Shown: positions 36,088 to 46,094, counted from the first letter of the stretch. The stretch is 64,000 bases of DNA from Pseudomonadota bacterium (GCA_021851785.1 JAJZBV010000010.1:910-64909); one strand, 5' to 3'. Translations and numbers: made by a program. The notes: generated from the letters alone by a model not told the origin.

Positions 36088-36444
36088 TCAGCCGAGGGCC
36101 GCCTGGACCTTCCGCACGATCTCGGCGAAGGCCGGCGCGTCGTCATAGGCGATCGCCGCCAGCACCTTGCGATCCATCTCGATGCCGGCGCGTTTCAGCC
36201 CGGCGATGAATTTCGAATAGGTGAGGCCGTGTTCGCGCACCGCGGCGTTGATGCGCTGGATCCAGAGGGCGCGGAAATCGCGCTTCTTGACCCGGCGGTC
36301 GCGGTAGGCATAGCGCAGCGCCTTTTCCAGCCGCTCCAGCGCGATGCGGTAATTGGTGGACGAGCGGCCGACATAGCCCTTGGCTTGCTCGAGAACTTTT
36401 TTGTGCCGGGCGTGAGAGGTCACGCCGCGTTTGACGCGTGCCAT
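36088..36444 (-). CDS. rplT: 50S ribosomal protein L20
   Basis: 118-aa ORF reading [24 protein letters not shown]. Confidence 0.95.
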   Translation of the reverse strand: MARVKRGVTSHARHKKVLEQAKGYVGRSSTNYRIALERLEKALRYAYRDRRVKKRDFRALWIQRINAAVREHGLTYSKFIAGLKRAGIEMDRKVLAAIAYDDAPAFAEIVRKVQAALG

Positions 36445-36456
36445 TGCTCTATCTCC

Positions 36457-36660
36457 TCAGCCGAGCCCGTACGGCGCCCATTGCTTGACGGTCAGCCCGT
36501 CCGCATGGGTGAGCACCTGGCTGCCACGGTTGCTGCGCTTGGCCTTCTGGCTGCGCGCCGAAAGATTGTGCCGCTTTTTGCCCGGGCCGGCGAGAACCTT
36601 GCCCGTCGCGGTGATCTTGAATCGTTTCTTGACCGAGGATTTGGTCTTCAGCTTGGGCAT
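36457..36660 (-). CDS. rpmI: 50S ribosomal protein L35
   Basis: Lies within ORF 36457..36825; start at [22 protein letters not shown] (ATG 36658-36660). Length is 67 aa. Confidence 0.95.
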   Translation of the reverse strand: MPKLKTKSSVKKRFKITATGKVLAGPGKKRHNLSARSQKAKRSNRGSQVLTHADGLTVKQWAPYGLG

Positions 36661-36804
36661 TTCGCTCTCCTTTCCGAAAGGGGGCGCGCCGAGAAGGCGC
36701 GCGTTCGCGGCCGGGCATGCCCTCTTCGCCCGGGCGCGCGAGATCAAGGGCGGGTCTCTAGCAGCCAGAGCCGGCGCTGGCAAGGCGTGGCCCACGGAGC
36801 GGCG

Positions 36805-36870
36805 GTGCCGAAGGCACTGACGCAACAGGGGAAAGTTTTTTGGTTCTTTTTTTCAAAAAAGAACCATCCT
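36805..36870. repeat. Copy C (H1 plus degenerate H2) of the AT-rich palindromic intergenic element
   Basis: GGTTCTTTTTT-tc-AAAAAAGAACC at 36842-36865, and GTGCC-gaa-GGCAC at 36805-36817. It lies between the gmk 3' end and the rpmI leader. Confidence 0.8.
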
Positions 36871-36884
36871 TCCCGGTCTTTCTC

Positions 36885-37493
36885 CTATCGCCCCGGAATC
36901 CAGACCTGCCGCGCGGTGGCGGCGCGGGCGGCGTGGAGGATGGCGCTGGTGGTGGCGATCGCCGCGGCGATCGTTTCGTTGACGACGCAATAGTCGAATT
37001 CCCCGGCATGGGCGATTTCGGCCTCGGCCGCCGCCATGCGATGCGCGATCTCCGCCGGCGCATCGCCGCGGGCGCGGAGACGGGTCTCCAGATCGCCGAG
37101 GCTGGGCGGCATGATGAAGACGCCGACGACATCGCCGGGGAGGGCGGCGCGCAACTGCCGATGGCCTTGCCAGTCGATATCGAACAACACGTCCTCGCCG
37201 CGCGCAAGCGCCGCCGCCACCGGGGCGCGGGGCGTGCCATAGCGCTGGCCGAACACCTCCGCCCATTCCAGCAACGCGCTGCCGGCGATCATGGCGTCGA
37301 AAGCCGGCCGGTCGCGAAAGAAGTAATGTACCCCCTCGGCCTCGCCGGCGCGCGGGGCGCGGGTGGTGGCGCTGATCGAGAGGTGAAGGCCGGGCTCGGC
37401 GGCGAGGAGGGCGCGGCTGATCGAGGTTTTCCCCGCCCCCGAGGGAGCGGCGAGCACGAGGCAGAGGCCGCGGCGGGGGAAACGCGCGCTCAT
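36885..37493 (-). CDS. gmk: Guanylate kinase
   Basis: Lies within ORF 36885..37586. The start at MSARFPRRGLCLVLAAPSGAGKTS (ATG 37491-37493) forms an ATGA overlap with the yicC stop. Confidence 0.9.
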   Translation of the reverse strand: MSARFPRRGLCLVLAAPSGAGKTSISRALLAAEPGLHLSISATTRAPRAGEAEGVHYFFRDRPAFDAMIAGSALLEWAEVFGQRYGTPRAPVAAALARGEDVLFDIDWQGHRQLRAALPGDVVGVFIMPPSLGDLETRLRARGDAPAEIAHRMAAAEAEIAHAGEFDYCVVNETIAAAIATTSAILHAARAATARQVWIPGR

Positions 37494-38383
37494 TCGATGT
37501 TCTGTGCCTGCTCGCGGATCTGCTCGATCGCCGCTTTGAGGCGGAGACCGCAGGCCGAGAGCGCGGCGGTGGCCGCCTTGCTGCACAGCGTATTGGCCTC
37601 GCGCTGGAATTCCTGCACCAGGAAATCGAAACGCCGTCCGACCGCGCCCGCCTCGCCGAGCAAAGCGCGGGCGGCGGCGAGATGGCTCGCGAGACGGTCG
37701 AGTTCCTCGCGGATATCGGCGCGGGTCGCCAGCAGCGCCACTTCCTGCGCCAGCCGTTCGGCGGGGAGGGGGGTGGTTTCGCGGCCGTGGAGGAGGGTGT
37801 CGAGCTGATCGGAAAGCCGCGTTCGCAGCGCGTCGGGCTGCGCTTGCGCGAGCGCCGTCGCCTCGGCGTGGAGGGCGGCGATCTCGGCGAGGATGGCGCC
37901 GAGCAGGGTGGCGAGCCGCGCCCCTTCCGCGCGGCGCATCTCGGCGAGGCCGGCGAGGGCGGTGGCGAAGCCGGCCATGACCGCCCGCGCCTCGGCCTCG
38001 TCCGGCGGCTCGCGCTCGTTCATCCCCCGCAGCACGCCGGGCAACGCGAGCAGCGCCTCGGCGCGCGGCGGCGCGCCGCCGGGGATGCGGCGGGCGAGAT
38101 CGAGGGCGAGGGCGAGGACATGCTCGAGCACCACCGGATCCGGCTCCGGCCGCGCGGCGCGCTCGCGCCGTATGGTGAGGTTCGCGACGACGTTGCCGCG
38201 CCGCAAAACCTTCCCCGCCGCCTCACGCAAGCCCGGCTCCAGCGCATCGAAGCCGGGTGGGAGGCGAAAGCGGAGATCGAGCCCGCGCCCATTCACGGAG
38301 CGCAGCTCCCAGAGGAAGCCGAAGCCGTCGCGCTCGCCCTCGCTCTGGGCAAAGCCGGTCATCGAGGCAAGGGTGCTGGTCAT
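37490..38383 (-). CDS. yicC: YicC/YloC family endoribonuclease
   Basis: Lies within ORF 37490..38407; start at MTSTLASMTGFAQ. The C-terminal motif is GRRFDFLVQEFQREANTLCSK. Confidence 0.85.
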   Translation of the reverse strand: MTSTLASMTGFAQSEGERDGFGFLWELRSVNGRGLDLRFRLPPGFDALEPGLREAAGKVLRRGNVVANLTIRRERAARPEPDPVVLEHVLALALDLARRIPGGAPPRAEALLALPGVLRGMNEREPPDEAEARAVMAGFATALAGLAEMRRAEGARLATLLGAILAEIAALHAEATALAQAQPDALRTRLSDQLDTLLHGRETTPLPAERLAQEVALLATRADIREELDRLASHLAAARALLGEAGAVGRRFDFLVQEFQREANTLCSKAATAALSACGLRLKAAIEQIREQAQNIE

Positions 38384-38523
38384 CGGCCGATGGTTTCTCC
38401 CGCCCAATCGCCGCCGCCTTTTACCCTTTTCGGCGAGCCCGGAAAAGGCGGCGGCGAGGATTGCCTTGCCGTGGTGGAGCGGCGATGCTGGCGGGGTGAC
38501 GGAAAGCGAGGCGGAATAGGGGG

Positions 38524-39324
38524 ATGCCGGTGTTTCGGCGGGTGCTCATCACCGGCGCGTCCTCGGGGATCGGCGCGGCGTTCGCGCGCGAACTCGCGCG
38601 GCCGGGAGTGGTTTTGCATCTCTCCGGGCGCGATGGCGGGCGGCTTGCGGCGATCGCCGAAGCCTGCCGCGCGGCCGGGGCGGAGGTCACGCCGACGGCG
38701 ATCGATGTCCGTGACGAGGCGGCGATGGCGGGCTGGATCGCCGGCGCCGGGCGGCTCGATCTCGTGCTCGCCAATGCCGGCATTTCGGCCGGCATCGGCG
38801 CCGGCGGGTGGGAAAGCGCGGCGCAGGTGCGCGGGATTTTCGCGACCAACCTCACCGGCATGCTGAACACCGTGCTGCCGGCGCTGGCGCTGATGGCGGC
38901 GCAGACACCGGACGCGAAGGGCGTGCGCGGGCGGATCGGCGTCGTCGCCTCGCTCGCCGCGTTCGCCCCGCCGATCGGCGCGCCGAGCTATTGCGCCGCC
39001 AAGGCCGCCGCCGATGCCTGGACGATCGGCACCGCGTCGGCGGCATGGCGGCAGGGGGTGAGCCTCACCAGCCTCTGCCCGGGCTTCGTCGCGACCCCGA
39101 TGACCGCCGCCAATCCCTTCCCGATGCCCGGGATGATGAGCGCCGAGCGGGCCGCCGCGATCATGCTGCGCGGGGTTGCCAGGGGGCGCACGCGCGTGGC
39201 ATTTCCGTTCTCGACCCGGCTCGGCGCCGGCCTGAGCGGCCTCCTGCCGGTGGCTATCGCCGCGTGGCTGATGGGCCGGCTCGGCGCCAAGATCGCCTTG
39301 CCGGCGTCCGATGAGCCGGCTTGA
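38524..39324 (+). CDS. SDR family oxidoreductase
   Basis: 266-aa ORF with TGASSGIGAAFA and YCAAK catalytic motifs. Confidence 0.8.
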   Translation: MPVFRRVLITGASSGIGAAFARELARPGVVLHLSGRDGGRLAAIAEACRAAGAEVTPTAIDVRDEAAMAGWIAGAGRLDLVLANAGISAGIGAGGWESAAQVRGIFATNLTGMLNTVLPALALMAAQTPDAKGVRGRIGVVASLAAFAPPIGAPSYCAAKAAADAWTIGTASAAWRQGVSLTSLCPGFVATPMTAANPFPMPGMMSAERAAAIMLRGVARGRTRVAFPFSTRLGAGLSGLLPVAIAAWLMGRLGAKIALPASDEPA

Positions 39325-40232
39325 TGATGGACAAACGAACAACCGAGGAAACCGCCATGTCGCTCCCCCTTCCCACCGCTCAGATCGCCGGCGTTCATCA
39401 TTTCCGGCTCGGCGACCTCGTCGTCAGCGCCATCAATGACGGTATTTTCGATGTCACGCTCGATGTCATGGCGAATATCGATCGGGCGGAGGCGGAAAAA
39501 CTGCAAGCGGCCGCTTTCCGCCGCATGCCGCCGCGCATCACCATCAACGCCTTCCTGGTCAATGACGGCAAGTCGCTCACCCTGATCGATAGCGGCTGCG
39601 GCACAATCGGCGGGCCGGCGGCGGGCGCGGTCGGGCGCCGCCTCGCTTCCCTCGGGGTCGCTCCCAGCGCGATCAAGCGTGTGCTGGTGACGCACATGCA
39701 TATCGACCACGTCTCCGGCCTGGTCGACGGTGAGGGCAAACCGGTGTTTCCCGAGGCGGAGATCGTGGTTCATGAGAAGGAGGCGAAATTCTGGCTCGGC
39801 GAGGTGCCGGCGGGGGCGCCGGACGGATTGCGGGACGCATTCGGGATCGCTCAGCGTGGCATCGGCCCCTATCGCCAGCGTCTCCGCACCGTCGCCGGCG
39901 GCGAGGTCGCGCCCGGCATCACCATTCTCCCCGCGCCCGGCCACACGCCCGGCCATGCGGGCTATGCCCTCCAGTCCGCCGGCGAGCATCTGCTGATCTG
40001 GGGCGATATCGTGCATATGCCGGGCGTGCAGTTCGCCAATCCCGAGGCGGGGATGGTGTTCGACACCGATCCGGCGCAGGCGCAGGCGACGCGCCGGCGG
40101 ATTTTCGACATGGCGGCGAGCGAGCGCACGCGGGTCGCCGGCATGCATCTCGACTTTCCGACCTTCGGCCATGTCGCGCGGGCTGGGAACGGTTATGCTT
40201 TCGTCCCCGAGGTCTGGTATCCCGACGTTTGA
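39321..40232 (+). CDS. MBL-fold metallo-hydrolase
   Basis: 303-aa ORF. The start is uncertain (TTG 39321, ATG 39324, or ATG 39357 giving MSLPLP). The metal motif is THMHIDHVSGL, followed by PGHTPGH. Confidence 0.8.
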   Translation: MMMDKRTTEETAMSLPLPTAQIAGVHHFRLGDLVVSAINDGIFDVTLDVMANIDRAEAEKLQAAAFRRMPPRITINAFLVNDGKSLTLIDSGCGTIGGPAAGAVGRRLASLGVAPSAIKRVLVTHMHIDHVSGLVDGEGKPVFPEAEIVVHEKEAKFWLGEVPAGAPDGLRDAFGIAQRGIGPYRQRLRTVAGGEVAPGITILPAPGHTPGHAGYALQSAGEHLLIWGDIVHMPGVQFANPEAGMVFDTDPAQAQATRRRIFDMAASERTRVAGMHLDFPTFGHVARAGNGYAFVPEVWYPDV

Positions 40233-40246
40233 CTGATGTTTCGGCC

Positions 40247-40438
40247 GTGCCGGCGCGTTGGTGGCTTGTTTTCGCGGCGCTTGCTCTCGCGCGATGCGCG
40301 CCGGTGGACCCGATCCAGCAGAAATGCCTCTATCAGGCGGAAGCAGCGGTTCTCCCCGACATGAACGCGGACAACCCGGAGACGCTTTCCCAGATCAGCG
40401 ATCTTCGCGCGGCGTGCGAGCAGGTGAACGGCGAATGA
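40247..40438 (+). CDS. Small putative lipoprotein (hypothetical)
   Basis: Lies within ORF 40229..40438. GTG 40247 gives (M)PARWWLVFAALALARC, a lipobox-like signal. No homology was recognised. Confidence 0.35.
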   Translation: MPARWWLVFAALALARCAPVDPIQQKCLYQAEAAVLPDMNADNPETLSQISDLRAACEQVNGE

Positions 40439-40517
40439 CACCCACTCCGCGCGGCGGTGGCCGGAGCGAGGCGAGCCCTGCGGTTATGCGTTGCGCGCCC
40501 CAGGGGTCGCCCTGCTC

Positions 40518-40811
40518 TCATTTCGTGCCATCATCGATCCCTTTGGTATCATAACGCATATCGATCCGGACGCCGTTGGCGTTTCTGACCCAGAGATCGA
40601 ACTTGTCCGGCCAACCAACCCGGACTTGCAGCACGTTCGGCGCGGACCAGATGATTTCCGGTGAGTAGACCGTGGTGAGGATGGGGATGACCTGCAACGG
40701 CACCAGCCTCTCCGTTACCAAGTAGACTTCCGACCAATCAGGGAGCCAGTCTCTCAACTTTCCGGTGGGCCGAAAATCCAGGGGCAGGTCAGGTGCCGCG
40801 CGCGGACCCAT
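40518..40811 (-). CDS. Hypothetical protein (97 aa) in a lower-GC patch
   Basis: It is the only sizeable ORF in a visibly AT-richer stretch. No family was recognised, and the sequence looks beta-rich. Confidence 0.4.
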   Translation of the reverse strand: MGPRAAPDLPLDFRPTGKLRDWLPDWSEVYLVTERLVPLQVIPILTTVYSPEIIWSAPNVLQVRVGWPDKFDLWVRNANGVRIDMRYDTKGIDDGTK

Positions 40812-41049
40812 CGAATTGCGTGATCAAAACCCGCCCAAAACCCATCGCTTCGCGTGCTCAGGCTCAGGCGCCGCTTCCTGCACCGCGCCGGCACGGTAGC
40901 GCGCCAAGCATAAAAAAATAATAACTCGGGTTACGATGAGAGCGTGGAATCCGCCTTGTGCTCACGTAATATTTATATAAACATATCGCGATCACCGAAG
41001 GGAACCTCCCGGCAGGTTTCCCCGATTTCCAGAGAGCGGAGGAAATACC

Positions 41050-41997
41050 TTGTTATCAAAAGCGTGGATCTGGCCACTGGTGGCCGGGATGGGGATTTGC
41101 GCGCTCATCGCCCCGGATCTCGCGGCGGCGGAGGATAGCGTCGGGCCGGTCATCCCGGCGCCGGCGCCGGCGGTCGTCAATCCGACCTATGACCCCGGTT
41201 ATGACAATATGTCCGACTATTTCTCGCATTGGTTCGACCGCGTCGACCGCGCGCAAGCCGAGCAGCCGCATTGGATGACGCCGATCATCACCGTGACCCC
41301 GCGTCTCGAGGAGGAATTCCGCTGGGACCAGTATTGGGAGCACGCGCCCAACGGCGCCACTATCGACGTCTATGATTCCGGCAAGGGGCTGGAACTGATC
41401 CCGACCGAAACCGAGGAACTCATCCTCAACACCCCGCCCTATGTCACCACCGGCAACATCCCGCGCGGCGCCAGCGGCTTCGCCGACTGGCCGGTGTTTC
41501 TGTTCAAGCAGCGCCTGGCCTCGGCCAACGAGCAGAACGGCAATTATATCCTGACCCTGTTCTTCTCCGGCCAGGCGCCGATCGGCATCCCGCGCTATAG
41601 CGAAAACGCCTATGTCCTCACCCCGACCATCGCCGGCGGCTTCGGCATCGGCGATTTCGACCTCCAGGCGACGTTCGGCACCCCGTACCCGACCGATCAT
41701 CTCAGTACCATCGGGGCGCAGCTCGCGACCAATGTCACGCTGCAATATCATTTTCTGGACTATTTATGGCCGGAATTCAGCATCACCGATCTCGATTTTC
41801 TGAGCGGCGCGCGTGGCGGCAAGAACGAGGTCTTCCTGTTTCCCGGCATTCTTTTCGGCCGCTTTCAGCTCTATGGACGCCTGCGTATGACCTTCGGTTT
41901 CGGCTATCAGTTCGCGGTCTCGCCGCATGCCGAATATGACCCGCTGACGCCGACCTACACCCATGCCTGGATTTTCTCGGTGCGGTTTCCGTTCTGA
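41050..41997 (+). CDS. Putative outer-membrane beta-barrel protein
   Basis: TTG start with GGAGGAAATACC upstream. The signal peptide reads MLSKAWIWPLVAGMGICALIAPDLAAAE. Amphipathic strands alternate through the body and the C-terminus is aromatic (FSVRFPF). It may belong to the MetA-pathway/transporter-like OMP family, recognised from memory only. Confidence 0.55.
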   Translation: MLSKAWIWPLVAGMGICALIAPDLAAAEDSVGPVIPAPAPAVVNPTYDPGYDNMSDYFSHWFDRVDRAQAEQPHWMTPIITVTPRLEEEFRWDQYWEHAPNGATIDVYDSGKGLELIPTETEELILNTPPYVTTGNIPRGASGFADWPVFLFKQRLASANEQNGNYILTLFFSGQAPIGIPRYSENAYVLTPTIAGGFGIGDFDLQATFGTPYPTDHLSTIGAQLATNVTLQYHFLDYLWPEFSITDLDFLSGARGGKNEVFLFPGILFGRFQLYGRLRMTFGFGYQFAVSPHAEYDPLTPTYTHAWIFSVRFPF

Positions 41998-42085
41998 TCC
42001 GTTCACGGTTGTGTGACCGCGACACTGCATCCATTCCGCTGCCCCGCGCGTAAGTCAGGGCAAAGCAGCGAGTGGTTGGGGTCTC

Positions 42086-43285
42086 ATGTCTGAAAAGCCG
42101 TTGGAGAGCTTCGTCGGCGTGGTCGGCAAGGCCACCTGGTGGGCGCGCATCGAGGCGTTGGCGGCGGCGGCCGCGGGCGGCCGGCGGCGCGGCAAGGCGG
42201 CGCTGCGGCGGCATGCGATCGAACTCACCATCGCCCGGCTGCTGCGCGCGCCGGAGCGGGCGCCGAGTGCTGCGGAAGGCGAGATCGTTCATCTCGCCGG
42301 GCGGCTCGCGGGGGTATTCCGTGATCTGTCGCCGAGGGGCCGGGCATTTTTCCATGCCCGTCTCCACGCCGCCCTCAGCGGCGCCAATGCGCTGACCCCG
42401 CTTTTTCACCAGATGCGGGTCGCCGAGCGGCATCGGATGCGGGGTTTCACGGTGGCTTTCACCGGTTTCGAAAGCGATGCCTCGTTCGATCTCGCGATCA
42501 CCCGCAACGGGGCCCGTGCCGAAATCGTCTGCGATGTCATCTCCGCCGATGACGGGCGCGACGTGCCGCGCGCGGCCTGGCTGCAACTCGCTGACCGCAT
42601 CGATCCCGATCTGCAAACCTGGCTCGCCGCCCATCCTGGCCGCTATCTGCTCAAGATGACGCTTCCCCAGGGGCTTCGTGCCGGGCTCCGCGCGAGCGAA
42701 GGCGCCGAAACCGCGACGCTCGGCGCCTTGCATGAGCGGATCCGGGTCATGCTCGCCGGCCATGTCCGCGCCGACCAGGACGCGGCCGCGATGCTGCGGC
42801 TCGACCCGCTCATCCTGGCCGGCGCGCAAGCCGATGAGCACGGGCTGCTCGCCCAATTGCGCCGCGATTTCGGGCCCGAGGCGCATCTTTCCGTCACCGT
42901 CGCCGGCCAGGGCGTGTTCGTCATGGCGGCGCGCGCGGCGCGCGCGGACGATGTCGCGGCGGCGGTGCGGCGGCGTCTCTCCGCTCTCAGCGGCACAAGG
43001 CTGAGCGGCGCCGCGCCAGGCATTCTGGCGATGTTTCTCGAGGATACCGATCTCACGGAATGGCGGGTGTTACGCGATCATCTGCGCCTCGAGGGCGAGG
43101 CGCGGCGGTTTTTGACCAGCCCCGAGGCACGCCCGGTGGTCGCGGTGAGCTGTGCGACGCGCGCCGAGCTGATCGGCCTTCCGGTGCCGCAAGCGGCGGA
43201 GGGCGGGGAATTGCGCTTCGCCAACCCTTCCCATCCCGCCATGCGTTCCGCCGAACTCGCGCCGGCGATTCGCTCGGCGGGTTGA
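42086..43285 (+). CDS. Hypothetical protein (399 aa), no family recognised
   Basis: Third codon positions are strongly G/C-biased in this frame, which is native-like. The overlapping antisense ORF 41783..42886 has an R/G/P-rich shadow composition. Confidence 0.6.
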   Translation: MSEKPLESFVGVVGKATWWARIEALAAAAAGGRRRGKAALRRHAIELTIARLLRAPERAPSAAEGEIVHLAGRLAGVFRDLSPRGRAFFHARLHAALSGANALTPLFHQMRVAERHRMRGFTVAFTGFESDASFDLAITRNGARAEIVCDVISADDGRDVPRAAWLQLADRIDPDLQTWLAAHPGRYLLKMTLPQGLRAGLRASEGAETATLGALHERIRVMLAGHVRADQDAAAMLRLDPLILAGAQADEHGLLAQLRRDFGPEAHLSVTVAGQGVFVMAARAARADDVAAAVRRRLSALSGTRLSGAAPGILAMFLEDTDLTEWRVLRDHLRLEGEARRFLTSPEARPVVAVSCATRAELIGLPVPQAAEGGELRFANPSHPAMRSAELAPAIRSAG

Positions 43286-43312
43286 GGCCCGAGCCCCCCG
43301 CCGAGCGAGGCG

Positions 43313-44197
43313 TTACGCCGGCGCGTGTGCCTTGGCGATGAGTTCGCGGAGCCTCGCGGCGGCGGCGGCGCCTTTCAGGACGTCGCGCCAATTGGCCTCG
43401 GCGACGCGCTGATGGGCGCCGACCGCGTCATCGGCGCTGGTCACCATGGCAACCCCGGGCTGGGCGTTCGGCGCGGTATCGGGCGGGAACGGGTTGACGG
43501 CGAGGCTCGCGCGATCGCGGGCGCGGAGGATTTCAAACGTGGTGCTCGGCTCCCCCGATTGCAGCAGGCCGAATTGCAGGCCCATCGGCTCGGTTTCCAT
43601 CAGCCCCGCGGCATTTTCGATCTCGGCCGCGGCGACATCGCGGCAGATGCGGCGCAGCCGCTCGGAGAGCGGCAGGGCGCCCGCGATCCCGCCCTCGAGG
43701 AAGCGGGTGATCGACGACGCCGAGACCATGGCGATGATGCTGGGGCGCCGCGACTGATAGGTTTTTTTCCGCGCCGCGAGGAGGCCGAGCAATTGTTCCG
43801 CCGCCGAGCGCAAAGCGCCGCGCTCGGTCCCGGCGGCGTCGGCAATTTCAAAAAACGCCTCGGCGAGCGCCGAATCATAGGCCGCAGAGGTGGTGAGATA
43901 GCAGATCGGCTGATGCACGAGGAGGATCTGATCGGCGGTTTCCTCGATCTGGCGGATGCGCTCGAAATAGCCGGCAGGGCGGTTATAATATTCGACCCCG
44001 ATGCCGAGTAGCGAGAGCGGCGAAATTTTGAGCAGTTCGGCCAATCGCTGGATGGTGTCGAGTTTGATCACCTCGCCTTTTTCATAGCGATACAGCGCGG
44101 CCCGGGAGACGCCGAGACGAGCGGCGATTTCCTCGGCGCGAAGGCCGGTTTCCATCCGATACGCACGCAGTTGCTGGCCGATCTCAGTGAAACGCAT
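43313..44197 (-). CDS. XRE-family HTH transcriptional regulator with a large C-terminal domain
   Basis: 294-aa ORF. The N-terminal HTH reads IGQQLRAYRMETGLRAEEIAARLGVSRAALYRYEKGE. Confidence 0.75.
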   Translation of the reverse strand: MRFTEIGQQLRAYRMETGLRAEEIAARLGVSRAALYRYEKGEVIKLDTIQRLAELLKISPLSLLGIGVEYYNRPAGYFERIRQIEETADQILLVHQPICYLTTSAAYDSALAEAFFEIADAAGTERGALRSAAEQLLGLLAARKKTYQSRRPSIIAMVSASSITRFLEGGIAGALPLSERLRRICRDVAAAEIENAAGLMETEPMGLQFGLLQSGEPSTTFEILRARDRASLAVNPFPPDTAPNAQPGVAMVTSADDAVGAHQRVAEANWRDVLKGAAAAARLRELIAKAHAPA

Positions 44198-44398
44198 GAG
44201 TGGTGTCCCTCCAAAGCCAAAACGGCCCGATTCCGGTCCGAGCCATTCGATTCGGACAAAGCTTAACGACCCATTATCGCATGTCTCGGAATCGGAGTCA
44301 TGGGCTTAATTTCATGGCAACGATAATATTTCGGCGCTGGCGGCCGTGATCTTCACATGGCGTGAAAAAAAAGTAATGGAATCCCGCGTTGCGTGTCT

Positions 44399-45286
44399 TC
44401 AGGCCGGCGAGCGCACTTTATGCGCGGCGAGCCCCTCGAGCGCTTCAAGCATCGCCGAATGGTCGCGATCGGCGCCGCCATGCGCGACGACGGCCGAGAA
44501 GAGCTGCTGCGCGCTCGCCGTGTTGGGCAGCGAGAGGCCGAGCTGGCGCGCCGCCGACAGCGCGAGATTGAGATCCTTCTGATGCAGCCGGATGCGGAAA
44601 CCGGGGGCGAAGCTGTGCTCCAGCATGCGCTGGCCATGCACTTCGAGCACCCGCGAGGCCGCGAAGCCGCCGAGGAGCGCGGCGCGGACGCGGGCCGGGT
44701 CGGCGCCGGCGCGGGAGGCGAACAGCAACGCCTCGGCCACCGCCTCGATAGTGAGCGCGACCACGATCTGATTGGCGACCTTGCAGATCTGGCCCGCGCC
44801 ATTCTCGGCGCCGATATGGGTGATGCTTTTGCCCATGGCGGCGAACAGGGGTTCGGCGCGGGTGAACGCCGCCTCCGGCCCGCCGACCATGATGGTGAGG
44901 CTCGCCTGCTTGGCGCCGACCTCGCCGCCGGAGACCGGCGCATCGAGATACTGGCAGCCGAGTGCTGCGATCCGCGCGGCGAAGGCTTTGGTCGCGATGG
45001 GATCGATCGAGGACATGTCGATCACCAGCTTGCCGGGTGACAGCCCTTCGGCAACGCCCTTGGCGCTGAACAGCACGTGTTCGACATCCGGCGTGTCGGG
45101 CAGCATCAGGATCACCACCTCGGCCGCGCGCGCGACCGCGGCGGCGTCGGCGAGCACGGTTGCCGCGGCGCGGAGGTCGGCGCCGAGGCTGGCGCGCTCG
45201 GGGACCAGGATTTCGTGTCCCGCGTTCTTGAGGTTGAGCGCCATCGGGCGCCCCATGATGCCAAGGCCGATGAAACCGATCCGCAT
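44399..45286 (-). CDS. glxR: 2-hydroxy-3-oxopropionate (tartronate semialdehyde) reductase
   Basis: Lies within ORF 44399..45475; start at MRIGFIGLGIMGRPMALNL. It has the beta-hydroxyacid dehydrogenase motif DAPVSGG and sits adjacent to hyi. Confidence 0.85.
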   Translation of the reverse strand: MRIGFIGLGIMGRPMALNLKNAGHEILVPERASLGADLRAAATVLADAAAVARAAEVVILMLPDTPDVEHVLFSAKGVAEGLSPGKLVIDMSSIDPIATKAFAARIAALGCQYLDAPVSGGEVGAKQASLTIMVGGPEAAFTRAEPLFAAMGKSITHIGAENGAGQICKVANQIVVALTIEAVAEALLFASRAGADPARVRAALLGGFAASRVLEVHGQRMLEHSFAPGFRIRLHQKDLNLALSAARQLGLSLPNTASAQQLFSAVVAHGGADRDHSAMLEALEGLAAHKVRSPA

Positions 45287-45314
45287 GGTTTTTTCCCTTC
45301 GTTCCGTGCCGCGC

Positions 45315-46094
45315 TCAGACGCCATAGCGCCGGCGCCAGGCGAGCCCGGCGACGGTTTCGCCGGCCGGGCGGTATTCACAGCCGATCCAGCCCTGATAGC
45401 CGAGCGCGTCGATGCGCGCGAAAACATACTCCCAGCCGATCTCCCCGCTCCCGGGCTCGTTCCGGGCCGGAACATCGGCGATCTGCATGTGGTCGATCAG
45501 CGGCAGCAGCCGCGCCATCCGCCTGGTGACGTCGCCCTCGGTGATCTGGCAGTGATAGATATCGAATTGCAAGCCGAGGCGATCCCGCCCGATCGCCTCG
45601 ATGAGGGCCGCCGCCTGGTCGGTGGTGTTGAGGAAATAGCCCGGCATGTCGCGGTGGTTGATCGGCTCGATCAGCAATTTGACCCCCGCCGCTTGCGCCT
45701 GTGCCGCAGCCCAGGCGAGGTTGGTGGCATAGACCGCGGCCAGCGTCACCGGTGAAAGCCCGGCCGGCGCGAGGCCAGCCATGCCATGCACCTGCCGGCA
45801 GCCGAGCGCCTGGGCATAGTCGAGGGCGCGCAGGATGCCGGCGCGGAATTCTTCTTCGCGGCCGGGGAGACAGGCGATGCCGCGCTCGCCCGCCGACCAG
45901 TCCCCGGGCGGGGCGTTGAACAGCACCTGGGTCAGGCCGTGGGCGTCGAGCGCGGCCCGGAGTGAAGCGGGTTCGTGGTCATAGGGAAACAGATATTCGA
46001 CCGCGGTGAAGCCGGCGGCGGCCGCCGCGGCGAAGCGCTCCAGGAACGGCACTTCGTTGAACATCATCGACAGATTGGCGCAGAAACGCGGCAT
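45315..46094 (-). CDS. hyi: Hydroxypyruvate isomerase
   Basis: 259-aa ORF reading [21 protein letters not shown]. Confidence 0.9.
   Translation of the reverse strand: MPRFCANLSMMFNEVPFLERFAAAAAAGFTAVEYLFPYDHEPASLRAALDAHGLTQVLFNAPPGDWSAGERGIACLPGREEEFRAGILRALDYAQALGCRQVHGMAGLAPAGLSPVTLAAVYATNLAWAAAQAQAAGVKLLIEPINHRDMPGYFLNTTDQAAALIEAIGRDRLGLQFDIYHCQITEGDVTRRMARLLPLIDHMQIADVPARNEPGSGEIGWEYVFARIDALGYQGWIGCEYRPAGETVAGLAWRRRYGV

Noticed and set aside
36661-36835. GC-rich ~175-nt leader upstream of rpmI-rplT as a possible L20-binding autoregulatory structure.
   Set aside because: Local hairpins exist (for example GGCGCGCC-gagaa-GGCGCGC). I cannot show a pseudoknot or similarity to known L20 leaders without folding or covariance tools.
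41783-42886. 367-aa minus-strand ORF overlapping the 399-aa hypothetical gene.
   Set aside because: Its composition is the R/G/P-rich shadow type, and third-position G/C bias supports the plus frame.
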